A stretch of DNA of 64,000 bases from Neodothiora populina (lineage: Eukaryota). This document shows positions 12,766 through 23,925 of the stretch, piece after piece; the first letter of the stretch is position 1; every line of letters begins with the position of its first letter. The notes beneath the pieces were generated by a model. It did not search any database, was not told the DNA's origin, and saw only the letters and a program-made list of their open reading frames with translations. The translations under genes were made by a program, and so were the position numbers. Where the stretch lies: positions 992,001-1,056,000 of the forward strand of contig NW_027191413.1 of the NCBI RefSeq assembly GCF_041146345.1, read 5' to 3'.

Positions 12766-15311
12766 TTGACCAAGACATTTTTATCTGTGTGTTTGACAGG
12801 GAGGTCTTATTTCTCTTGTTTCGTTCACCCGTCGAAGTCGACGACACGTACATAATCGATTGTTTCTTTCTCACAACCCCTGTCCTTTTCAAGGCACCAA
12901 CGTTACTCGGTGATCTCCTAGTCCGCTTCTGGTCGCAGCGAGCGAGCGTCCGGATTTGCTCGGACGTGGCCCTTTGATCTCTTTCCTTAGGCGACTGCTT
13001 AACATTTAGTCTGGGTGGATTATCTTTCTCCACCCGGGTGACTCTCCACCCGCGGCCTTTGGCACACTTCATAGAATGCAAGATCTGTCAGCTCCATCAG
13101 CGGAACACAAAAACCGATGGACTGCTCACCCACCCATCATCAACCGATGGGTCCACATGACCGTTTTTGCACACCTTTTTATTTTCCGTCGGGACAGGAG
13201 GCGAAGTGCCTAAGATACCTCATGGTTGGATTATAATATGTACATTCATTGCGAAGTGTAATCAGTCATACATACACCCATACACGCACACAGCGAAAAG
13301 ACAACGGGGCCTTTACCTAGTCCCTGAAGTTGTTATTGTCGGAAAAAAGTCCCCTTTTTCCTTCTTTCCTGGCTACAAGCCCAATTGCATACCTTATATA
13401 GTACTGTACGCACATATACGCTCGGATAGGCAATATAATATGTAATGTGTTCTTCATTCGGACGACCTTCTTCTTCATCAAAGCTTATCATCATCACCGA
13501 CTGTCAATCCGCTATATTAAGATACAGAGCTCCACTTTGGACTTATCTTTCTGACAAGTCTTCACGATATGCAGGGAGACAAAAGAAGACAGAGAAAGAA
13601 GAAGAAACGACAATTTCTGAGGATCGCGTTTGTTCCATTTTGGCTTGCAGCCGAGTTGAACCCCACTGCTTAAACGCCTGTGCTGTGCATGGATGGATTT
13701 CTGTGGATTCAACAATAAAGTGCCGCACGAAGAACAAAAAGCATTTGCTTGCAGCTGTCATGAGATTCAATTCCGTACACGTTCAAGATTGATGATATGC
13801 TTGTTCGCTCGCGGCTGTTATGCCCATTTAGGTGAAATTATTCAGCTCTTGTGTCTGTCTGTAAAGTGATATTGTGGGGATGGTCTTAGATCATGTTTGA
13901 ATCAATGATGTGACTTGATTAGAGGTAACTGCATAATCTATCGGAAGAAGTCTATTTGACTTGTGCAGCCGCTAGTTGATCCGAAGCTTAACCGCGCTTA
14001 CCGCGCTAGTCCCAATTGATCCACCTCATGCCTCGCAACAGATCAGATCGAATCTGTGGGGTTAGACCCTCTTGTCGCACACTAGCACCTGCACAGCATG
14101 CCACTATCGCTGCGTAGACCGTCTTCAACTGGCTGTACAAGTACACGCCGACGTCTTCTTTCCCGCGAGACACTGTTGATATTAGCCATTCTCGAGAGAG
14201 AGAGAGATAGACCGAGATAGTTCGTGTTGTAAGCGGTACGAAAGGTCGCATTGCGTCAAGGTTGATGCAGCATTGTTCCATCGTGACACATGCAAGGCAC
14301 TAGTGACCCGCATGATTTTCGTTGAAGATAATAGGACATCGCTGGTACGGATAACGCGTGTATGCACGACCTCGGCATTGTGCTACCATAGGCATGAAGC
14401 TTCCTGCATTTGCTTGGTCACTGCAGCATCCAATGCATCCTCTGGACGTGGCGAGCGCCTATGTAGCATGGGTTCCTATCAAAGCGTCTTCTCTCCATGT
14501 ATTCCTTGCCTGATACTCTTCGGCGGCAGACTCCCTTGACGGCGGGCCGCTTCCCGAGCCAGTGGGTTGTTTATCCAAGCTGCCACTTCGATACACAGCT
14601 TGACAGCTCCTGGTGATGAAGCGTCTTCCTTGCTGTGGAAGCACTAACAAGCCTTACGACTTGAGGTTAATGCCCTCAATGTAGCGATAAGTGCTCCGGG
14701 AAAGAAACCCTGTTTCTCCAACAAAAGCGGTGAAGATATCTCAGTGATCCCATCCAGCTCTTCTCTTCACAGAAGACTCGACATTTCTTTACTGGAGATA
14801 GTCACTGCCAGTAATTCATCATGCGCTAGAGCACTCCCATGATCTCTCTTCTTGCCTCGATGGACAAAGCGATTGCCGTACATACAAGCACTGTGTAGGC
14901 ACTACTTACAACTCACAGAAAATAGGCATAAACAGTGGAACTGAGGTCTGTGGGAGTCAGTCTCGAGTGCCCACGAAGCTCTGATGACATTCTCCATCAA
15001 TAGCTACTCTGAAGTAAAGTGCCTCAGACCGTGGAAACGCCTTTTTGTGTACGATTGTTTGGTAGACAGAGTGTTGATCGGTTGCTTGGTGTGGGGATAT
15101 CAAGATGGCTACGTCATCGAGTTTCGGCTACACAAAGATGCAAAGTCCGACAACTCCATCAGGCCTAGGATTACCTTACCTTTTTGTACGTGCTACTCGA
15201 ACAACACCTGGACTCTCACACCTCATTCCAGCTCTCTTTAAGCCTTGTTACCTAGCATTGATAGCAGCCTAAGCACAACAAGACTCGTTGCTTCCACAAA
15301 CCACAATCAAG

Positions 15312-16240
15312 ATGGCCTCCGCATTCCTCCTACCTCGGCTCTCGAGGCCAATGACCTACGGTCTCGGCCTCTCACTTGCGACAGCTAGCGTCATGCACTT
15401 CCGGAAATCACCTTCAAGCCGCTTGATTCAATGCGATACCACGTCGGGTGGTGTGAGTCCACGCGACTGGAGCTTCTCTCAATACACATCGGACGCCAAG
15501 ACGCCTGTTGTAAACAGCGATGGTAGATTGAACCGAGGAGCTGTCAGACAGATCACCAGGGGCAGCATTGCTGGTGAGTTTTTTTTCCCTTCAATTTTTG
15601 ATTTCGAAGGTCTTTTGGGTGGAGGATAGCCAGACAGCGGAAGTTGTGAGATTGGCTCTGGCACGTCGAGGATGGGCTGATTCACGAGGTTATGACACGA
15701 CTATGGTCTCGAAGCAATCAATTCTAGCATCAAGCGAAGCCTTTGATCGTACACGGGGAGCAGGTAGATCTCAGCAAGATCATAGTTCATTGAAAGTGGG
15801 TTTTGGAGGGCAATGCGAGCTTCTATGCCCGCCGTGAGAAAAGCTAGGACACGTCAGAGTCTGGTAAACCAATCAATTAGCTGACACGTCTTTTTGATAC
15901 AGGCGTCATATGCGGTCTCGCCGTCTCCGTCTTCTCCAAGACTCTCGCTCTCCTCTTCGGTCTAGTCGTCATTGGCGTTCAGGTAAGCATCCTCACCCTT
16001 TCCCATCTGTCAACCCCTCTACGGCCCGCGAAAGGCAACATACAACCCAAGAATGCCAGTGCTAACCATAGACAAACACTACAGGTTGCAGAATCAAAAG
16101 GTATTCACATCATCCCGTATGGTCGTTTGCAAAGCTACTTCAAGGACATCGACCTACGATCCGCGGTCCAGGATAACGTGGCCTTGAAGCTCAGTTTCGG
16201 CGCTACGTTCGCGCTGGCTGGTTTCGCGAGATTGGAGTAA
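15312..16240 (+). CDS. FUN14-family mitochondrial membrane protein
   Basis: Exons 15312-15573, 15903-15982 and 16085-16240. RQITRGSIAGVICGLAVSVFSKTLALLFGLVVIGVQ...GIHIIP...FGATFALAGF matches the FUN14 pattern. Confidence 0.8.
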
Positions 16241-16464
16241 GGTCTCTGGTAGGAACATAAGCATTGGATCATCGAGAGTCTAAAATGTGCCTCATCTTCG
16301 ACGCAAAGAAAAAGAATTAACTTTGTAATTCAACAAGCACTATTGGCTCGGAGTCTATCTCTGTCCACTGCATATACGTCAAACTTTACAAAGTGTTATA
16401 TATACCATCCCAGGGGCGCGAACTTTTGAACCACTGTCGCACTCGTGCCGTTGATATATTCCTT

Positions 16465-17983
16465 TTATGTTCTATAGTCTCCGTTGATGGTGACGTATTC
16501 GTGGCTAAAGTCACAAGTCCACATGGTGGCCTGTCCAAACTTGATTGCCTTGTCGACTGCTCCGTCGCACAAGTTGACCAAGATCTCAAGATCTTCCATC
16601 TCGAGAATGGCCTTGGCGCGGACCTCATCAATTTGCTCGGGCTCGCCTCGGACCAACAGCTTGAGCTCCTCGCTGCCGTCTGCTGGAATAAACGACACAG
16701 AGGTATGTTCCGGCGTGACCGATTTTTGTGCGCCAGCGGCGTAGCCAATGGCGCATAGGATGCGACCCCAGTTGGCATCCTTGCCATACAAAGCAGTCTT
16801 GACAAGAGGGGAACGAACGATGCTGTTAGCGATGCCGTGAGCAGTCTTGTGATTCTTTGCTCCCTCGACCCGAACAGTGACAAACTTGGTCGCTCCCTCG
16901 CCATCACGAACGACAAGCTTTGCAAGATCGACCATGAAGTCGGTGAGGACGGTGACGAAGGCGTTGTAATCTTCGGATTGCAAGACATGCTTACTACCCA
17001 TTGCAGCCGAAGATTTGTTATAATAGACTGGGGAGACATCGGAACTGTCGGCTGCGCCATTTGCTAGGATAGCACATGTGTCATTTGTACTTGTGTCGCC
17101 GTCGATGCTGATCCTGTTGAACGATTGCTCCGTCGCTGTAATCAAAGCTTGACCGAGAGCAACATGATGGATAGAGGCATCGGTTGTGATTAAAGACAGA
17201 AGAGTGGCCATGTTTGGGTGTATCATACCGGCACCTTTGGTCATGCCCGCGATACTGTACTCAACATCTGGACGAGATGGGAGTCTGAAGGTCTTAGACA
17301 CCAACTTGGGGAAGGTATCGGTTGTGCAGATGGCACGCGCTGTGCGCAGCCAGTGATCATGGGTGTTGCCCAGGGAGGCGTGCAATTCTGGAACCTTGTT
17401 TATGATCTTGGTAATGGGAAGTCTTCAAGCATCTATCAGTACAAGTAGATTACAAAACTTACAGAAAAGATTCAACATACCGTTGGCCAATGACACCAGT
17501 ACTCATCACGAGAGATTGAAGATGTTCGACACTGTCCTCTGCCCCACTTGGTTGGACGATGCCGAACTGTTTGTCTGCCGCGCGCGCCATAGAAACTGCA
17601 TCCTCATAGCCACCCTTTCCAGTAACAGCATTGGCACAACCAGAGTTGACGATGATAGACTGAATGTCCTGGCCATTGGTCGCTTGAAGAATGGCTTTGG
17701 ACACTTGCACAGGAGCTGCCTTGAAAACGTTGGTGGTGAAAACTCCGGCGGCGACACAAGGTTTCTCTGAGGCAACGAGAGCGAGATCATCGAATTTGGT
17801 GTTACTCGCCTTGACCCCAGCATGTGCACTTCCGGCCAAGAATCCTTTTGGGTAGGTGCCACTCGTTGGAATATACTTGATCTTGTTGGGCGGATCTCCA
17901 CCTGTGGGCGCTGCGTAGAAGCGACGCTGAGCAGGAGATGAAAGGAAGATCCTCTTTGCGGGGCCACGAGTTACTGAAAGCAT
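16465..17983 (-). CDS. ARG7: Mitochondrial ornithine acetyltransferase (ArgJ family)
   Basis: Mitochondrial-type presequence, [18 protein letters not shown], autocleavage motif [29 protein letters not shown] and ANWGRI. One intron at 17480-17423. Confidence 0.96.
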
Positions 17984-18122
17984 GATTGAGCTCCTTTGTC
18001 TCACGTCAACACTGCGGTTTATGACAACTTCAACTTTGAATGGGGGACTATCACGAGTTTACCGTGCACAAGGAAAGGAAGTACCCGACGTTTTTATGTT
18101 CGGGGACAATTGGAATGACACA

Positions 18123-18152
18123 TACAGTCGAACCTATTACAGTCGAACCTAT
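18123..18152. repeat. Perfect 15-bp tandem duplication (tacagtcgaacctat x2)
   Basis: Read directly in the ARG7/ORC2 divergent intergenic region. Confidence 0.9.
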
Positions 18153-18199
18153 GAAGAAACACAATAAGAGTAAGACCGTCAGTCGGAGTTTGTCTGATG

Positions 18200-18234
18200 T
18201 GACTCAACGATATCTCAACTATGCGGTAGAGTCA
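18200..18234. promoter_or_regulatory. Putative Gcn4/CpcA sites upstream of ARG7
   Basis: TGACTCA at 18200-18206 and GAGTCA at 18229-18234, about 220-250 bp upstream of an amino-acid biosynthesis gene. Confidence 0.55.
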
Positions 18235-18471
18235 CACATCTCGGTATAAATTCATCTGATAATTAAGCACCTGTATTGTTAGCTAGATTCGCGTCATCGC
18301 GGATGAACCTCGGATTTCATCTTGCAGTGCAGCGCGGCTTTCTTATATTTCCCCACATGAATCTGCTACAGTACCTGTGCTCTTTGATTGTTTTGATCCA
18401 GGTAAGTCAAGACATGCAACGATGCGACTGTTTGAGCGACTCAATTCCATTGCTGACCCTCTTCATAGAAA

Positions 18472-20328
18472 ATGCCTAAGAGGAAGTCGACTGGGGAGGT
18501 AGTGGAGAGGACTCCCAAAAAAGCACCTGTAGACATAGATGCAGATGAACTTGCCGGTACTGCTACACCATCAAAACAGTATCTGGTCGCAGATACTCCA
18601 TCTAAGCAACGCTCCATACTCAAAAACCCGCATAACGGTATTGTCAATGGCGGCGAAACACCAAGATCAGTGAGAAAAGTACTCTTTTCAACCCCTGCCA
18701 GAGCGCTTGAAACGGTAGTGGAGGTTGGGACAGAGTCACCATTAACGGCAGCGCGAAATGCTGACCGATCAGCCCGTAAAAAAAGCTCTAGAAAGCTCTT
18801 CCAGGGTGATGATGCTGGCATTGATGAAGAAGATGACATAGAGGAAGATGTGGCGCGCCAAATCTTAGACACAGATGACGAAGATGAAAGAGAGTCAGAC
18901 GAGCTTGAGCAAGAGCTTGAGCAAGATGCTGCCATTGATGGGCCAATTGCGCCCGATACTCCTTCGACTCATGCAAAACTTCGAGGAAGACCGAAAGGAA
19001 AACGACGTGTCCCATCACCAACGCCTCTTGAACATCTTCCGCCACATGAGCTGTACTTCTTTCAGAATCGTCCTGGCAGTGTCAAAACATCTACCAACTC
19101 ATTCGGCGCTAATGCCATTCTTGACCATGACGAATATAATGCGCAAATAAATGCCTATTCTGATCCACATGAGGAGGACAGGATGATTTTGACGCAGATG
19201 CATGAAGCCTCTTTCGAACAATGGACTTTCGAGCTGGAGCAAGGCTTCAACATATGCCTCTACGGCTATGGCTCCAAACGCGAGCTTCTTCTGGACTTTG
19301 CAGAGTATCTATACGCCAATCCCCTCAACCCCAAGAAACCGTCCAAAATTGTCATTGTCAATGGCTATGATCCCTCCGTCAACCTTCGTGACATATTGAC
19401 ACTCGTATCCACAACACTCTTGGGCCCTGTAGCTGCTCGAAAATTGCCTCTACAGGTCTCTGCACACCTCGACGCACTGCTTGCCTATCTTGCCAGCTCA
19501 ACAACGGAACATTCTGTGCATCTACTCATTCACAGTATCGATGGTCCCGCATTGCGCCGGCATCAACAAATTCTGTCGCGTCTTGCATCCAGTCCATACA
19601 TCACGCTTATTGCGTCAGCCGATACACCGAACTTCCCCCTATTGTGGGACATTTCTCTACGTTCAGCTCTGCGATTCGTGTTTCATGATACGACTACTTA
19701 CGCCCCTTACACTGCAGAGTTCGATGTTGTGGATGAGGTCAACGCACTTCTTGGCCGTAGCGGCCGTCGTGTCGGAGGCAAAGATGGTGTTGCTTATGTC
19801 CTGCGTTCTTTACCGGAGAACGCAAGGAATCTTTTCAGGATACTTGTGGCCGAGCAATTGGCCCTCGCAGATGCCGACAACATGGACATGGGTAGTGCTG
19901 CCTCTTTCACGACCGACATGCAAGGCTTCGGGGATGAGCTCGGAAATGAAGGAGAAGATGATGACGAGGACTTCCTAGGACATGCAGAAGGTCATCATGC
20001 TTTTGACATGGATATCGAGACGGAGGTCCCGGATAGTCCAACCAAACGCCGTGTTCGCAAGGGCCGACCAGCGAAGCGTGATAAGGCAACACCACAGAAG
20101 CAGCAGCAGGTGCAGCTCATGCAGCACCAAGGCGTCGAGTACAGGACTCTGTATCACAAAGCCGTCGAAGAATTCGTTTGCTCGTCGGAAATGTCTTTCC
20201 GCACGCTTTTACGAGAATTTCACGATCATGCAATGCTCGAAAGTCGTAGAGATGCTCAAGGCACCGAAAGACTCAGCGTGCCATTCGCGCGAGATGAGCT
20301 CGAAGAAATATTGAGCGAGCTGGTATAA
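18472..20328 (+). CDS. ORC2: Origin recognition complex subunit 2
   Basis: Single ORF with NADRSARKKS, QWTFELEQGFNICLYGYGSKR, LIHSIDG, FVFHDTTTYAPY and LLREFHDH. Confidence 0.95.
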   Translation: MPKRKSTGEVVERTPKKAPVDIDADELAGTATPSKQYLVADTPSKQRSILKNPHNGIVNGGETPRSVRKVLFSTPARALETVVEVGTESPLTAARNADRSARKKSSRKLFQGDDAGIDEEDDIEEDVARQILDTDDEDERESDELEQELEQDAAIDGPIAPDTPSTHAKLRGRPKGKRRVPSPTPLEHLPPHELYFFQNRPGSVKTSTNSFGANAILDHDEYNAQINAYSDPHEEDRMILTQMHEASFEQWTFELEQGFNICLYGYGSKRELLLDFAEYLYANPLNPKKPSKIVIVNGYDPSVNLRDILTLVSTTLLGPVAARKLPLQVSAHLDALLAYLASSTTEHSVHLLIHSIDGPALRRHQQILSRLASSPYITLIASADTPNFPLLWDISLRSALRFVFHDTTTYAPYTAEFDVVDEVNALLGRSGRRVGGKDGVAYVLRSLPENARNLFRILVAEQLALADADNMDMGSAASFTTDMQGFGDELGNEGEDDDEDFLGHAEGHHAFDMDIETEVPDSPTKRRVRKGRPAKRDKATPQKQQQVQLMQHQGVEYRTLYHKAVEEFVCSSEMSFRTLLREFHDHAMLESRRDAQGTERLSVPFARDELEEILSELV

Positions 20329-20715
20329 CGAGACAACACATGGAGATCAACGGACATGTACACAACTCAGATGCTCTATCCAATCGACGCGCCAGCTATC
20401 TCAGTGCGACGGATGCACAGACCTTCAGCAGGGTCATCCCGGCAAGCATCAAATGAAAATGGTGATCTGCGTGTTACACGCATTCTCTACGTCTCATCCA
20501 GAGCTCCAAAGACGAATGGTATGCTCGTGGACGGTCGCACAGAAATGTCACTCACCTGTAGACCAGGACACAGTGAGCAAAGGCAGCCATCGTGACGATG
20601 CTTAACGTACAGGACCCGAGCCAGCAATATCAAAATATGCATGACTGCCCAACCTAGTCATGAACGAATAATGTTGTATGAGTGTTGCTGATCTTAAGCA
20701 TGGCTTCATAGCGTT

Positions 20716-21504
20716 TCAGTATCCATACCTATTTCCGATGCGTACCTTCGCCTTGTCGCTGGCAGTCACGTTCTCGACACTTGCTCTTGAGTTTGAGTTA
20801 CTACTTCCTTTCCAGTCTTTCGAATATTCATTCCCTACCGAGATATTGGCCTCACCCATCGCCTGAAGCCCCTTGACCATGTGGTCTATATCTTGGTTTA
20901 AGGACGATTGGTTTCGTGTCATCTTTTCCGCCTTCACGAAGTCGCTGTTCTTGCCGTCAAGCTGAGCTCTTTTTCTTGCCTGATTGACATCTGCACGACT
21001 TCCAGTGCTTGGGAACTGACATTCTAGCTGCGCGACTAAAGCCGTAACGTTGGTGCTTAGTTCCTCGACCTCCGATTGCCGTTTCAGAATCGATGAGGCT
21101 GACGTCGAAGCAGTAGCAGTGGTCGGCGTGCTACTATCAGTGGAAGTATGTATCGGCTTGAGTTTGAGATCATCTCTGAGCAATCTTAAAAGCGAAAGCA
21201 GACCGGCCAGCGTCAGCTTCAGTTCGTCTTCGCTCGCCTCCTTGTTTCTCCCCTGGCCCAGTGACTGTTTTGCATCGCGGCTGTGTTCCGTGTGTCTGTC
21301 CATGCCCGTGGCTTCACCCCATCGCGCGAATCGTGTACGAATTCCATCGAGAGATATTCGAGCAGCTGTCGAATTGCCTTCGAACTCGGTTCCGATATCA
21401 ACCGAATCAATGTATGCCCGGCATTTGATATAGGCTTCGGCTATGGTGGGCTGGTGGCCCACTGTAGCAGCCATATCTGAGACGGCTTCCCTGACTATGG
21501 TCAT
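20716..21504 (-). CDS. HET-S/HET-s-like protein: HeLo domain + C-terminal two-repeat HET-s-type prion-forming domain
   Basis: KCRAYIDSVDIGTEF...ISLDGIRTRFARWGEATGM and LVAQLECQFP resemble the HeLo domain of Podospora HET-S (CVACFEYVQLGRHF...LRLDIAKVRLSRWGEAV; FVDELEKAFP, recalled from memory). C-terminal pseudo-repeats are HMVKGLQAMGEANISVGNEY and ASVENVTASDKAKVRIGNRY. Confidence 0.85.
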   Translation of the reverse strand: MTIVREAVSDMAATVGHQPTIAEAYIKCRAYIDSVDIGTEFEGNSTAARISLDGIRTRFARWGEATGMDRHTEHSRDAKQSLGQGRNKEASEDELKLTLAGLLSLLRLLRDDLKLKPIHTSTDSSTPTTATASTSASSILKRQSEVEELSTNVTALVAQLECQFPSTGSRADVNQARKRAQLDGKNSDFVKAEKMTRNQSSLNQDIDHMVKGLQAMGEANISVGNEYSKDWKGSSNSNSRASVENVTASDKAKVRIGNRYGY

Positions 21505-22286
21505 AGCTCTGCCGACTGCAAGATTGAGCTCGCCTTGTGGACAATCTTGGAAAAAGGAGCAAAAAGAGAAGAAGATAATTCCGTTATGCTCCTACTTCGT
21601 GCGCCTAAGAAGGCGACGACATTAAATCAAGTCCGCTGCCTTCATCACCTACAAAAATCACGATGCCACTCGCCCGTCACCTGGTAAACGAGGCTGTCAA
21701 TGATATGCGCTGGCCGACAATGTGGTTCTTATCATGAGGAGTTTGGGTCGCATGCTTAGCGCTAAGCCAAACGGGACCAGTCATTCGGCTTACCACTTCT
21801 CAACGTCGCAATTTGATTAGGCTGGCTTGCATATTACCCCTGCTCAAAGCGAAGCCGTCATAGTGAAGCGACATTGCCTGCCTTATCTCAAGACGAACGC
21901 CTTGTTTTGTTGTGGAGTATTTCAGGACTCGCGCTACACGTGGCCTCAGGCGTCGGAGTTGGGTCTCAATTGTCGCCAGCTTTTCACCTACCTGACATGA
22001 GAACACCAATCTCTCTATCCTAACGATTTTTGACGATTTTTACGAATTAGCCAAAGATTGCTGTATACCCGATCTTCGAACGATGGAGGTTCTGTGGAGT
22101 AAAAGCGACGTTCTTTGCGATTAATTTATTGATCTGTACATTCCAGATTTGCCAGAAACCAGCCGAGCATAATTAGTTCCATCAACACGAAAAAAGCAGA
22201 AAAGAACATCCACAAATCGTTGAACAGCATTTCTAAGCATGTCTCGAATGTACAGGCTACTGCGTGCCTTTGAGCTTCATTGCGGC

Positions 22287-23504
22287 TCATATTGTCCACA
22301 TCTCATGTGAGTCGATGATGACCCCCTTCCTGATGGCAGTTGCAGGAGCACCTCGAAGAGCATCCTGAATGCTTATGATGTCGCGACTAGACTGGTTGAT
22401 CTGGAAGGCCGTCTCGTATAGTTGGTCGAAAAGCGGGTAACATACTGGCCGCAACCTCTTCCTATGGTTCGGGCATACGTTGGTCTACGGCTGGTTAATG
22501 TAGCCACTGAAGCCGAGAATGGACAGACCGATGAGAGCGCCGGATGTGTTGCAGAAACGCAAGTCTGCATCATCAGACCTGTCTGCCTCACAGCTGTACA
22601 ACAGACCAGGAATATTATCTTTCTGTTTCGAGGATTTCTTTCGATATCGCGAAGATGTTGATTGGTCAAGAAGTAGTAGGCCCAAATGATATAAATGTCA
22701 TCGTCGGGATTCTCAAGACGCTGGCGTATCTCTTCCTTGATGAGATCGACTGTCAGGGGAGGAGCGATGGCGAGCTCAAGAGTCAGGGACGCGGGCAATA
22801 TGAAGACTCTGATCTTCCAGACAGCTGCAGTGGCCCTAGCAGCCTCGGCCGATCGAGTCAAAACGTTATCAGTCTCGCCCAAGACATCCGCCGGTCTCGA
22901 TCGTGCTGTGGAATAGTTCGAAGCGAGGTTCTCAGTTGATTGGTTGAGTACCTCTCTTAAAAGGTCGAGAGGTCCGCCGATTATGGCCTGGTCAAGGGAG
23001 GCAAGAGCATCCGCCTGCAAGTGTCTAGCAACATCCAACTCCTGCGTCCGCCGAGGCATCCTAGACCGCGAGCGTGCCACCACGCTAGCCGAGATCAGGG
23101 GCTGTCGGGATGGTGGTGGTTCTCTAGGTGGATATGTCAGGACCGTGAAAGCATGGCAGAGGGGCGATACCAACCTAGCGAGTCTGCGAGCGCTTCTCTC
23201 CTCGGCAATAAGGCCCTGGTCATCATCTTGCCCTCCTTGCCTAGAGCCGTACCAGCCTGCCAGCCCATTTTCCCCAAGAGCTTGACGTGGCAGGATGTGA
23301 TTCTGATCCGGGAGTACTGCATGACAAGGTCAGCCAGATCAGAGGCGCAGGAAACATAGGGGTCGTACCGAATATGAGGTTGACGTTGTATGTGATCCTT
23401 TCATCGCTACCAATGTGCACGGTGGAGTGGTCTCGAGCTTGCACCTCACGCACCGTGTTTTCTTCAGCACGGTGCCGGGCTGGGACGGGGAGAATAGTTT
23501 CCAT
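22287..23504 (-). CDS. Uncharacterised protein with N-terminal HET-s-type amyloid repeat (R0-like) and a putative ubiquitin-like domain
   Basis: Exons 23504-23369, 23316-23175 and 23123 onward join in frame through GT..ctgac..YAG introns. The 3' end is uncertain: stop at 22373 if unspliced, or at 22287 with a 44-nt intron at 22528-22485, optionally plus an in-frame 42-nt intron at 22606-22565. Residues 16-33 are NTVREVQARDHSTVHIGS. 22819-22604 encodes WKIRVFILPASLTLELAIAPPLTVDLIKEEIRQRLENPDDDIYIIWAYYFLTNQHLRDIERNPRNRKIIFLV, a beta-grasp-like pattern. Confidence 0.7.
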
Positions 23505-23925
23505 CGCTTCTATACATGAGAAAGTGTTGTGTTGTGAAAATATTATGGCTGGTGATGCTCGCAAGGTTGCTGTTGATTGAGGTTCTAAGTTGGAGGTGCT
23601 ATGATGAGAGTCCCGGGAGTCGAATGAGCTTAGCGGTAGCCCGTAGCATGCGACTGACTGTACCTGAATCGTGATGATCGATAAGATTGTGGCGCAAACA
23701 TCTACCGAGATATTTCCCCTTCTCGAGTTGGAGACATGTGCGCACTTGTGTATACATCATGAACATTCGAAGCGCTTCCACAATAGCGAAAGGATTTTCA
23801 GGGCACGATCTGCCGTGGATATATCGCTCACGCTTGCTTGCGGACTACGTTGCACGTTCAGGAGGTGAGCGAGGCCGGTAGGACAGATTGCGATGCGACT
23901 AAGGTGTCTACAAAAGCATTTACAA

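Noticed and set aside
15574..15902. Long FUN14 intron as a snoRNA host
   Set aside because: No clear box C (RTGATGA)/box D pair with a terminal stem, or H/ACA architecture, visible by eye; an Rfam scan would be needed.
21505..23925. A full NLR (NACHT/NB-ARC + repeat domain) partner for the HET-S-like gene
   Set aside because: No Walker A GxxGxGK[ST] motif, no WD/ANK/TPR repeats and not enough space between the flanking genes.
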